Positions 31,454 through 40,759 of a stretch of 64,000 bases of DNA are shown piece after piece (position 1 is the stretch's first letter; each line of letters starts with the position of its first letter). Where the stretch lies: positions 5,664,001 through 5,728,000 of the forward strand of contig OY762007.1 of assembly GCA_963665115.1 (NCBI GenBank), read 5' to 3'. This DNA comes from an uncultured Rivularia sp. Its GTDB lineage: Bacteria > Cyanobacteriota > Cyanobacteriia > Cyanobacteriales > Nostocaceae. Position numbers and translations under genes: made by a program. The notes under the pieces were generated by a model. That model saw nothing but the letters and a program-made list of their open reading frames with translations. It was not told the DNA's origin and searched no databases.

Positions 31454-33712
31454 ATGCTCACAGACACGATTCTCCGTAATCGCTACAAAATTCTTAAAGA
31501 ACTGGGACGCGGTGGATTTAGTGTCACCTATCTTGCGGTAGATATGGATTTGCCTGGAAATCCAAAATGTGTAGTCAAACAACTTAAAACTCGGCATTCT
31601 AATAACACAATTTTGCAGATTGCCAAAAAGTTGTTCGATCGAGAAGCACAAGTACTCTATCGTTTGGGTAAGGGACACAAACAAATTCCCGAAATGTTCG
31701 CGCATTTTGAGGAAAATGATGAATTCTATTTGGTTCAAGAATTTGTCGATGGACACGATTTAACCAAGGAAATCAAAACGCGCCATAGATTGAGTGAAGA
31801 AAAGGTAATTAAGCTTTTACAAGAAATATTAGAAGTATTAAGTTTTGTCCACGAAAATAATGTGATTCACCGCGATATTAAGTTGCGGAATATTATGCGC
31901 CGTCGTGATGACGGAAAAATCGTGTTGATTGATTTTGGTGCGGTGAAAGAAATCAAAGGTTTGGCGAAAAACCAACAAGGCGATGTCAATTCGACTTTGA
32001 TTATCGGCACTCCCGGTTATATGCCAGACGAACAAGCTAATGGTAAACCGAGATTGTGCAGCGATATTTATGCGGTGGGAATGCTTGGAATTCAAGCTTT
32101 AACTGGGATGTCTCCTCGCGAGCTACCATTTAATCCCGATAACGGTGAATTAATTTGGCGCGATTCGGCGAAAATCAGCGATAGATTCGCTGAAATTTTG
32201 ACGGGTATGGTACGCCATCATTTTAGTCAGCGCTATCAAACAGCAGCAGAAGCTCTAACAGCGCTCAAATCGCCGATAATTATAATACCAAACACTTCCT
32301 CGGCTTACGAAGCACCACCAGTAACTCTACCCTCAACCGTTCGTCAACCACGCCCTTTAGCACTTCAAACTTTAGGATTAGTTGGTTTGATGGGGGTTGG
32401 ATTTGGTTTGGGAGTTTTTGGATGGAATATGTTTCAATCTAGTTCTAATGGAAATGAACCCGTTAAAACTACAGAAATTCCAGCTACTATTCAAAAGATA
32501 AATCCATCTGTAAAACCTGAAAATATTAAATTAAGTCCTCCTCCCACATTTTCACCTTCCGGCAATAAAAAAGATGGTAGTAATAATTATCCTGCTTTAA
32601 GACCTTTTCCTTTTCCATCATTTTTTAGAGATATTAATAAAACATCGAATCAGAAGGAAAATTCTCGATCGCAGAATAAGAGAAATAAAGCTCAACCCGT
32701 GTTGGAAAAACCATTACCCGTTCGGGAAAAAACTCAGCCAGTTCCGAAAAAGCCTGTAATTGAGAAAGAAAAGGTTAAAGAAGAAAAACCACCCACCTTT
32801 GTAATTGAGCAACCTGAAAATAAGCCAAAATCCTTACCTTCGATTGTTACACCTCAACCCGAAGATAAAAAAGCTGATGATTTGGAAAAATCTATAATTC
32901 CTGCACCACAAGAAGAAGCATCTCCATCAGATTCACCCGAGTCACAAAAAGATAAAAACAAAGATAATTTAAACCCTAAAACATCTTTACCTAGCGAATC
33001 GGAATCAGTTGGTGATGGAATTGATAAAGATGAAAATAATTTAGAACCTGAATCAAAACCTGAAAAATCGGATTCAGTCGATCGAACAACAGAAAATCCG
33101 ATCGCACCACAACCATCGGATAAAGAAAAAGAAAAAGATCAACCTTCTTCCGAACAACCGCAACAAACCCCTCCTTCACCTGACACACCTGCAATAGAAA
33201 GTGAGTCTCCATCACCCAAACCAACTCCATCACCCGTACAAACTTCGGATACTAACGTCGTAGTTCCCACCGCCAAACCTTTATTAGAAGACAAAAACTT
33301 CTTTTACACTGTACCTACCTTACCAACTCCAATCCCCGAAGCTGAAGCTCAACCAACTTTGTCACCACAGCCAACTCCAACACCAGAAACTCAATCAGTT
33401 GCGACACCACAACCAACTCCAACACCAGAAGCTGAAACTCAACCAATTTTGTCACCACAGCCAACTCCAACACCAGAAGCTGAAACTCAACCTACTCCTC
33501 AAGATTCTGTAACACCAAAAGCCGAATTTCCAACTATTCCTGAAGTTGATGATTCTCCTTCACCCGAAACCGAAATTCAAATAACTCCTCCCCAAATTTC
33601 TACTTCCCCGTCATCAGGAAGTAAAAACATTGCAATACCCCAAGTTTCAGCGACTCCTACTCCATCACATACACAAGAATCCGGCTTATCCTTGAAACGG
33701 TTTGCTATTTAA
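31454..33712 (+). CDS. Membrane Ser/Thr protein kinase with long Pro-rich tail
   Basis: LGRGGF, VVK, HRDIKLRN, DFG, GTPGY; one TM helix; PQPTPTPE repeats. Confidence 0.9.
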   Translation: MLTDTILRNRYKILKELGRGGFSVTYLAVDMDLPGNPKCVVKQLKTRHSNNTILQIAKKLFDREAQVLYRLGKGHKQIPEMFAHFEENDEFYLVQEFVDGHDLTKEIKTRHRLSEEKVIKLLQEILEVLSFVHENNVIHRDIKLRNIMRRRDDGKIVLIDFGAVKEIKGLAKNQQGDVNSTLIIGTPGYMPDEQANGKPRLCSDIYAVGMLGIQALTGMSPRELPFNPDNGELIWRDSAKISDRFAEILTGMVRHHFSQRYQTAAEALTALKSPIIIIPNTSSAYEAPPVTLPSTVRQPRPLALQTLGLVGLMGVGFGLGVFGWNMFQSSSNGNEPVKTTEIPATIQKINPSVKPENIKLSPPPTFSPSGNKKDGSNNYPALRPFPFPSFFRDINKTSNQKENSRSQNKRNKAQPVLEKPLPVREKTQPVPKKPVIEKEKVKEEKPPTFVIEQPENKPKSLPSIVTPQPEDKKADDLEKSIIPAPQEEASPSDSPESQKDKNKDNLNPKTSLPSESESVGDGIDKDENNLEPESKPEKSDSVDRTTENPIAPQPSDKEKEKDQPSSEQPQQTPPSPDTPAIESESPSPKPTPSPVQTSDTNVVVPTAKPLLEDKNFFYTVPTLPTPIPEAEAQPTLSPQPTPTPETQSVATPQPTPTPEAETQPILSPQPTPTPEAETQPTPQDSVTPKAEFPTIPEVDDSPSPETEIQITPPQISTSPSSGSKNIAIPQVSATPTPSHTQESGLSLKRFAI

Positions 33713-33965
33713 TAAACCTTAGAAAGCAATAAGCAGTTTTATAAATCAGAGGTTTGGATGATTAAATTCTATTGAAGTCATTCAAATTAATGATTGAAAG
33801 GCATATAAATGGGCGCACCTTCTCCACCATATAAATACTATCATTAATATAAGTATTTTTTTGTGAAGAAATAAAAATGTTTAGGGAGCGGGGAATGGGG
33901 AATAGGGAACAGTGGGAAAAAGATTTTTAATTTTCTCAACTTCGATTGGTTTGCACTAAGAGTTT

Positions 33966-34190
33966 TATAGCAATCCTAAATGATTTGCGAGAAATTGATA
34001 AATTAGCTGGCGGTTGAAACCGCTACTACATAAACTAAGTCCACCTGCGTGGACTTAATCAAATAACCCGCGCAGGGCGGGTTTTGTCTGTGTAGCCGCG
34101 ACTTATAGTCGCCAGGCATGAATAAAATTTTACTTATTATTTCAATCCTACATCTACGTGTTTTCTCACGTTTAAATTCGGATTGCTATA
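33966..34190. mobile_element. MITE with TATAGCAATCC ends (IS630-like, TA target) carrying an internal REP-like doublet
   Basis: TATAGCAATCCTAAAT...GAGAAA versus TTTCTC...ATTCGGATTGCTATA; internal hairpins near 34005-34117. Confidence 0.8.
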
Positions 34191-34507
34191 ACTCTTATGC
34201 TGAGGTAACTAAAGTGCATTATAAGGATAATGGGTATTCTTCCACGAGAGAGCAAGACGTTCCCACTACTTCCTAATTTATACCGCAAAGTTAAAGTAGC
34301 TTAATAATAAGTAAATTTTTTGTCTACTTAAGTAGAATTTATCTATATCGTATTGCTTCTTCCTACTTTCAACTTTCAACTTTCTACTCCCTCGTAAATT
34401 AAAGCTCCGATAAATCAATGTTAAATTACCAATATTGCTTTGCGTGAAATTGCGATCCTTCTTAGACTAGGAAATATACACAAATTCCGTTCCATAAAAA
34501 ATTTGCT

Positions 34508-36155
34508 ATGAAACGTCAATGGAAGTCATTGATACTTGCCTTCAACTGGGTATTACTCTCGTTGGGCACTTCTGTTTTTATTATCCTGACTCAATCTCCT
34601 CAAATTACTCTGGCGAAAGACGTACCAGTAATTATCGAAACTGTAAAAGAAGAAACTACTACAGATACCGATAAGACAAAACCAGAAGTATCTACAGAAG
34701 AAACCACCGATAAGAAAAAACCCGAATCAGAAAAAGCGGAAGAAGAAAAGCCAACTCCCGAAGAAATAGCTCGTCAGAAAAAACTGATTGAAGCAGACAA
34801 GCTTTACCAAGCGGGAAAAATCGCAGAAGCACAAAAAATATACCGTGAAGCCAAAGATTCTTTTACAAATACGAACGATATCCAGCCAGCAAAAGAAGCA
34901 ATAGTTAACCCCGCCGAATTATCTCCAGCAGGTAAAGTTTATTGGAGAGAAGGGCAAGCAGGAATCGTCAGTAATTTACAAACTAAAACTTTAGTACCGT
35001 TAAAACTTTTAGTAGAAAAATATCCTGAGTTTATTCAGGGAAATATAAAATACGCCCAAGCTCTGAAAAAATACGGTCAAGAAGAGAAAGCTTTACAAGT
35101 ACTTGAAAGAGCAACATCGCTTTATCCCAACCAAGCAGGATTAGTTAAAGCAAGAGTAAATGCCCTTTCAGAAGAGAAAAAATGGATGCAGGCTTCCTTA
35201 GCAGCGCGTCAATTTGCCATGCTCAACCCCGAGAGTCCCCAAGCTCCCGAATTTACTCAACTTGCAGACGAGAAATTAAAAAAATACACCTCTTATATCC
35301 GTAGAGAAACTAGAGGAAACGCCATCGCTAACGTGATTACAGGCGTTGTCGGTTATGCAGCTACAGGAAGTCTTCTCGGCCCCTTTTCCGCTCTTGACTC
35401 TACCATGCTGCTATTAAAAGGTGAGAAAGGCGTAGGGTCGTTCGGTAGCCAAACAAGCTAAAAAGCGGATGGAGTTAATCGAAGACAAAGAAGTAAACGC
35501 CTATATTAACGAAATGGGGCAAAAACTTGCCAAAATCGCCGGAAGAAATGAATTTGAATACGAATTCTTTGTTATACCCGATGATAGCCTCAACGCCTTC
35601 GCTTTACCTGGTGGAAAAGTTTTTATTCATACAGGGGCGATCGCCAAAACAAATTCGGAAGCAGAAATTGCTGGATTAATCGGACACGAATTATCTCACG
35701 TAGTGTTATCTCACGGATTTCAACTAGTAACGCAAGGTAATTTAATAGCCAACGTCACGCAGTATATTCCCTATGGAGGAGGAACCGTCGGCAGAATACT
35801 CACCTTCGACTACAGCCGCGACATGGAGCGCCAAGCAGACAGATTGGGAACAAGGTTGTTGACAGCAGGTGGTTACGCCGCTGACGGCTTGCGTAACTTA
35901 ACTTTAACCATGAAAAACCAGCAGAAAAACGCTCCTCCCGCTTGGTTATCCACCCACCCCGGAGGTGCTGAAAGAGTAGCTTATTTAGAAGAATTAATTA
36001 CCACCAACGGTTACAATCGTTACGCCTACGAAGGAGTAGCCAAGCATCAACAAATTAAAGATAAAGTTAAGCAAATAATGAAAGAAAGAGAAGAGAAAGA
36101 AGACGAAGATAAAGAAGACGAAGGGGAGAAAAAGCCCCAGGAAGAAAAGAAATAG
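34508..36155 (+). CDS. M48-family metallopeptidase with TPR-like N-terminus, split by an apparent +1 frameshift at 35435-35437
   Basis: NAFALPGG, HELSH, SRDMERQAD, LSTHP; the two ORFs join as GVG|RSVAKQAKKRMEL. Confidence 0.85.
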
Positions 36156-36458
36156 GTTAGAGGTTAAAGGTCAAAGGTTAAAGGTCAAAGGTTAAAGGTC
36201 AAAGGTTAAAGGTTAGAGGTTAAAACTTACTTCCTCTTCTTCCCCCTCTACCTTGTTCCCTGTTCCCTACTCCCTACTCCCTACTCCCTACTCCCTACTC
36301 CCTACTTTCTACTCCTTACTCCCTACTCCCTACTCCCTACTTAAGATAGTATGCCAGTTGCATAAGTGTGACACGATCGAAAAACTCGCGAATCATTTAT
36401 TAAAAAACTTCGTCACTACAACACATATACTCCCAATAATTTTATAGGAGGATGATTC

Positions 36459-37286
36459 ATGTCATCTAGACCTTTGAAGCTTTTATTTCTCGGCGGTTTA
36501 GCAGTATCCGTATTATTCGGTAACGCACCTGCAATGGCGCAATACGACTCCTCAGACGATGCCGTTGTAGTACCCACAACCGGAAGCAGTAGAACTACCA
36601 CAACCCCAACGGGCACTTCAACCACAACCAGAACCCGTACATCAACACCAACGGGAACATCAACCACAACCTCTACAAGCAGTTCTTCACAAAGAGTTGA
36701 CACAGCAACTCGGTTTAGCTGTCAAATGGATACCAACGGCTATACCGTTATGTACTCTCCTCAAAGTCAACCAAATCAATTATTTGCTTGGGCTACTCCT
36801 CAAGCATTAGGTGGTGGTTGGGATGCACAAAGACGTTGCGCTACCATTGCTCAACGTTTAGAAACCTATCGTCCAGACGGATTAGTAGAACTTCGCACCT
36901 CAGCTTTAAATGGATACGACGTTTTATGCGTAACCAGCGAAGCCAATCCCTCTTGTCGTTTAGTACTAACAGTTCCTCCCGGAAGAGACGCTTTTCAAGT
37001 ACGTAACGACGTTTTTCAAAACTTAGTTTCAGCAGACAGCGGACAGTCAACTATCGGCGTTAATACCTATAGAGGAGCCGGATTAGAAGACACGATTAAC
37101 TTAGGTAGAACCTTACTTGGTAATGGTAATCGTGCGGCAGTATCCAAAGATGCCATTCAGCTAAAACCTTTCCTAGATAAGAAAGATGGTGGAAACGGCA
37201 AACTATTGAGAAACGTTAAGAAAACTACTCCTCAATCTCGTCCATCTCAATCAGGTAATAGATTGAATCCTAATTTATTCAGATAA
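36459..37286 (+). CDS. COP23-domain secreted protein
   Basis: Signal peptide, Thr/Ser-rich linker, RFSC...GGW....RC..IA.RL...NGY.VLC...C.LVLT. Confidence 0.8.
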   Translation: MSSRPLKLLFLGGLAVSVLFGNAPAMAQYDSSDDAVVVPTTGSSRTTTTPTGTSTTTRTRTSTPTGTSTTTSTSSSSQRVDTATRFSCQMDTNGYTVMYSPQSQPNQLFAWATPQALGGGWDAQRRCATIAQRLETYRPDGLVELRTSALNGYDVLCVTSEANPSCRLVLTVPPGRDAFQVRNDVFQNLVSADSGQSTIGVNTYRGAGLEDTINLGRTLLGNGNRAAVSKDAIQLKPFLDKKDGGNGKLLRNVKKTTPQSRPSQSGNRLNPNLFR

Positions 37287-37512
37287 GGGAACAGGAAACA
37301 GGGAATAGGCAACAGAAAATTTTATTAGCAATTGCGGTAATTAGAGTATAAAACCTCAGTTTAGATCCCCCCAACCCCCCTTCAAAAAGGGGGGCTTTTA
37401 TATATCAAACCAGTACTCATTTTTTACTACAATTATTTTTAGCATTGCAATAAGCATAGAGAATTGCAATTTCCAATTTCCAATGCCCAATTCCCAATTC
37501 CCAAGTATAAAA

Positions 37513-38013
37513 ATGTTCAGCAGACCAAAACCGATACAGCCAGAACCCGGACAAGAATCAGTATGGGATTTTCCCCGTCCCGCTGTATTACAAGATACCG
37601 ATAAACACATTCAAATTATCTTCAACGGCGAAACTATTGCAGACACCAAACGAGCCAAGCGCGTCATAGAAACCAGTCATCCTCCTAGTTACTATATTCC
37701 CCCCGAAGATATCAAAATGGAATATTTAATTAAAACACCGCATTCGAGTGTTTGCGAGTGGAAAGGGATTGCTAATTATTACACCATTAAAGTCGGCGAT
37801 AAAGAAGCACAGAATGTAGCTTGGTTTTATACCAATCCCACAGAAACATTTATACCTCTCAAAGATTATGTAACTTTTTACGCTCATCCAATGGACGCTT
37901 GTTACGTGGATGGTGAAAAAGTCGAACCGCAACCAGGAAATTTTTACGGTGGCTGGATAACTAAAGATGTTGTTGGCCCATTTAAAGGAATTCCCGGTAG
38001 TTGGGGATGGTGA
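37513..38013 (+). CDS. DUF427 family protein
   Basis: QESVWDFPRP, ETSHPP.YYIP, CEWKG.A.YY, FYGGWIT. Confidence 0.88.
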   Translation: MFSRPKPIQPEPGQESVWDFPRPAVLQDTDKHIQIIFNGETIADTKRAKRVIETSHPPSYYIPPEDIKMEYLIKTPHSSVCEWKGIANYYTIKVGDKEAQNVAWFYTNPTETFIPLKDYVTFYAHPMDACYVDGEKVEPQPGNFYGGWITKDVVGPFKGIPGSWGW

Positions 38014-38171
38014 GGAGAGTTGGGAGTTAAAGAGTTAGGAGTTAGGAGTTATGAGTTAGGAGTTATGAGTTAGGAGTTAGGAGTTATGAGTAAGGAATTA
38101 GGAGTAGCAAGTAAAGATTATTTTCTACCCCCTCTACCTTCTCTACCCCCTCTACCCCTTCTAAAATCCCA

Positions 38172-38458
38172 TCACTTTCTCTTCCCCCGTACCTGAACTT
38201 TTCGATCGGTTTTCTGCTTCTTCACCCATTTCAAGAACTTCTGCATTTGCGGTTCATCTTTTAGCAATTCGGCAGTATTTAACTCTTTCGCTAAGCGATT
38301 ATTATCGTACAGCGTATGAACTTGTTTATGGCAAGCAGCACAAATATTAATTCTGGGGCCGTGTTTACGATTTTTATGTTTGGGAATCAGATGATGAACC
38401 GTCAACTTCTCCAAATCGCGATATAGACAGCAAGCTGAACGCACAATTCACAAATCAT
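38172..38458 (-). pseudogene. Small HNH (YisB-like) Zn-binding protein gene frameshifted by a 17-nt insertion in a HIP1 site
   Basis: MICELC|DRDLEKLTVHHLIPK...ICAACHKQVH (89 aa) is restored by deleting 38423-38439. Confidence 0.8.
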
Positions 38459-38565
38459 AATCAGTTATCAATTAACAATTATCAATTAACAATTATCAAT
38501 CCAAGATCAAAGGTCTAAAATACCAACTAGCAACTAACAACTAACAACTATCTACTAACAACTAA

Positions 38566-39558
38566 CTATTCAAATAACAAATAAGTCCCTTCCAATCCTT
38601 CTAAAATTGTGCGGGTATTGGCTACCATCATCTTTTGATAAGTGTCTGCTTCGCTTCCGGGTACGCCTAAGTTTTCGCTAAAAAGCTGTCTTTCTGATAT
38701 ATTTATTTGTGATTCTTTAGCTACGGCGTCGATTAATTCAGGACTAATTGTAGGTTGAGCAAATATTGTGGGGACTTGAGTTTTCTGTAATGTTTTAGCT
38801 AATAGTTTAACTTTGGTATCTGATGTTTTTTCTGTAGGACTAATAAATCTCAAGGTTCCTGCTAATTTCAAACCATAAGCCCGAACGTAATAAGCCATTG
38901 AATTGTGAGTTGTGACTAAAATACGCTTCTTTGGAGGGATACTTTCAATTCTGGTTTTTATCCAACTATCTAACTGTAAAAGTTTATTTTTAGTTTTTTT
39001 CGTATTACTTTTATAAAGTTCCGCATTTTCCGGTATTGTTCTAGCTAAATTAATACTGATTACATCTACCATTTTCACAGCGTTTTTAGCATTATGCCAT
39101 ACGTAAGGGTCGGCAACTTTTTTACCGTTTCTAGTTATCATTAATGGTGAAGGTACGGCAATTTTCGCGACAGGTACTTTAGGAGCTTTGTTTTTGCTTG
39201 AAAGTATAAATTTTTCTAAGCCAGGTTCTAAATTGTAACCGTTAAAAATAATTAATTTAGCTTGATTTATCGCTTGCTGGTTGAGAGGTGTTGGTTGATA
39301 AACTTTTGGGTTAATTGATGCTGGAGTTAAGCAAGTAAGATTGATTGTTTCTCCGGCAATTTGTTTTGTTAAGTCACATAAAACACTGGTAGTTGCGACT
39401 ACTTGCGGTAAATCTTTTTGTACTGTAGTGGTGGTTACAGTTGTTGTGTAAGAAGAAGTTTTATTGGAATTATCAAAATTATTACAGCCATAAACTGATA
39501 CGCTAAAAACAATAAAGATAATACGCAAAACTTTGTTTAAAGGTAGTCTTTCTAACAT
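38566..39558 (-). CDS. ZnuA/MntC-family metal ABC substrate-binding lipoprotein with altered ligand motifs
   Basis: Lipobox VYGC; VVATTSVLCDL..IAG, NGYNLE, LVTTH, TY..MM..NT..I. Confidence 0.85.
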   Translation of the reverse strand: MLERLPLNKVLRIIFIVFSVSVYGCNNFDNSNKTSSYTTTVTTTTVQKDLPQVVATTSVLCDLTKQIAGETINLTCLTPASINPKVYQPTPLNQQAINQAKLIIFNGYNLEPGLEKFILSSKNKAPKVPVAKIAVPSPLMITRNGKKVADPYVWHNAKNAVKMVDVISINLARTIPENAELYKSNTKKTKNKLLQLDSWIKTRIESIPPKKRILVTTHNSMAYYVRAYGLKLAGTLRFISPTEKTSDTKVKLLAKTLQKTQVPTIFAQPTISPELIDAVAKESQINISERQLFSENLGVPGSEADTYQKMMVANTRTILEGLEGTYLLFE

Positions 39559-39612
39559 AAACTTATGATTAGTATTTGTTTGATTCAGTCGAACACTACT
39601 TGTTTTTCTGAT

Positions 39613-39627
39613 TTAGAATGATTATCA
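39613..39627. promoter_or_regulatory. Putative Zur/Fur-family operator
   Basis: TTAGAATGATTATCA has 2 mismatches to the Anabaena Zur box TGATAATNATTATCA and lies between divergent metal-related genes. Confidence 0.55.
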
Positions 39628-39669
39628 TTGTCACTGGAACAAATATTTCTTCAGCATCAAGATATCGCA

Positions 39670-40617
39670 ATGACTATAAATACGGTTAATGCATCTTCTA
39701 ATCAAGTTGTTATAGCTTTGATGGGTAAAGGTGGAACGGGTAAGACTTTTACTTCACTGGGTTTAATCCAAAGTTTGAGAAAGTTGGATAAAGCTATGAT
39801 TGTAGCGGATGCAGATACTAATAGGTCACTTTCGCGCTATCTTACTGCTCATTATTTGGGATATGGGGAAGAGGAGCTAAAGCAACTTGCGCTGATGACT
39901 CAAGCTGAACAGGATTTTTATGAGTTTCAACAATTAGATTCCGAGCAAACCTACCGCGATTTTTACGGTACTCCATTCGATCGAGTTAAGAATTTTTCAG
40001 TTGAACCACCGGACTCTTTTACTCACAAGTACATAAAACCCCTTGACGACAAACTCGCGTTGATGTCGGTGGGAACTAGTGCTATGCGGATGGAAGAACT
40101 TTATTCTACTCGTTGTTCTCACGCAACATTAAATCCGTTAAAAGCTTGGTTGGCTTTATCTACAAACGGGAATGTTGTTCTCGACTGCGGTGGTGGTGAG
40201 GATTCTGGTAGATTCGGTTTACCTATTGGTGCGAATGTGGTGGTTGTAGTAGTGGAAGCGACTCCCGATGCGATCGCGATTTCCGAAGATATCCGAGCTA
40301 TCGATGAAGAATTGGGAATTCCCGTAGTTTATGTTTTAAATAAGTGCCTCAATCAGTTTCCAGAAGTTGAAGCTTTTGAAGCCGAACATCAAGATAAAAT
40401 TTTAGGTAAAATTCCTTTTATACCTACAATCTATGGGAAAAATCCTCTAGAAGTATTTAGTGAAATTGAAGATATATTTACACCAATGGTTGAGAAGATT
40501 CTTGCTCAAAAACTAAGTTCTCCCCAGGAAAGATGGGAAAGAGTAATAAGATGGCAAGAACGTTTACAGCAGCAACGAGAAACGAATAAAAGTCAACCCT
40601 TTAGTTTTATTTCTTAA
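39670..40617 (+). CDS. CooC-like MinD/ParA-superfamily ATPase
   Basis: Deviant Walker A GKGGTGKT, ADADTN, LMSVG...RCSH, VVLD, VLNK, LGKIPF. Confidence 0.7.
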   Translation: MTINTVNASSNQVVIALMGKGGTGKTFTSLGLIQSLRKLDKAMIVADADTNRSLSRYLTAHYLGYGEEELKQLALMTQAEQDFYEFQQLDSEQTYRDFYGTPFDRVKNFSVEPPDSFTHKYIKPLDDKLALMSVGTSAMRMEELYSTRCSHATLNPLKAWLALSTNGNVVLDCGGGEDSGRFGLPIGANVVVVVVEATPDAIAISEDIRAIDEELGIPVVYVLNKCLNQFPEVEAFEAEHQDKILGKIPFIPTIYGKNPLEVFSEIEDIFTPMVEKILAQKLSSPQERWERVIRWQERLQQQRETNKSQPFSFIS

Positions 40618-40623
40618 TTGTTT

Positions 40624-40732
40624 CTTGTTCCCAGTCTCCGGCTGGGAATACATATCAAGAGGCTCTGCCTCGCGGTATATTAAGAGGCAGAGCCTCAAGT
40701 AATTAGATTCCCAGCCAGAGACTGGGAACCAG
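40624..40732. repeat. Palindromic dispersed repeat (REP-like doublet)
   Basis: GTTCCCAGTCTCCGGCTGGGAAT..GAGGCTCTGCCTC / GAGGCAGAGCCTC..ATTCCCAGCCAGAGACTGGGAAC. Confidence 0.8.
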
Positions 40733-40759
40733 TGAATTACCCATTATCCATTACCTGCT

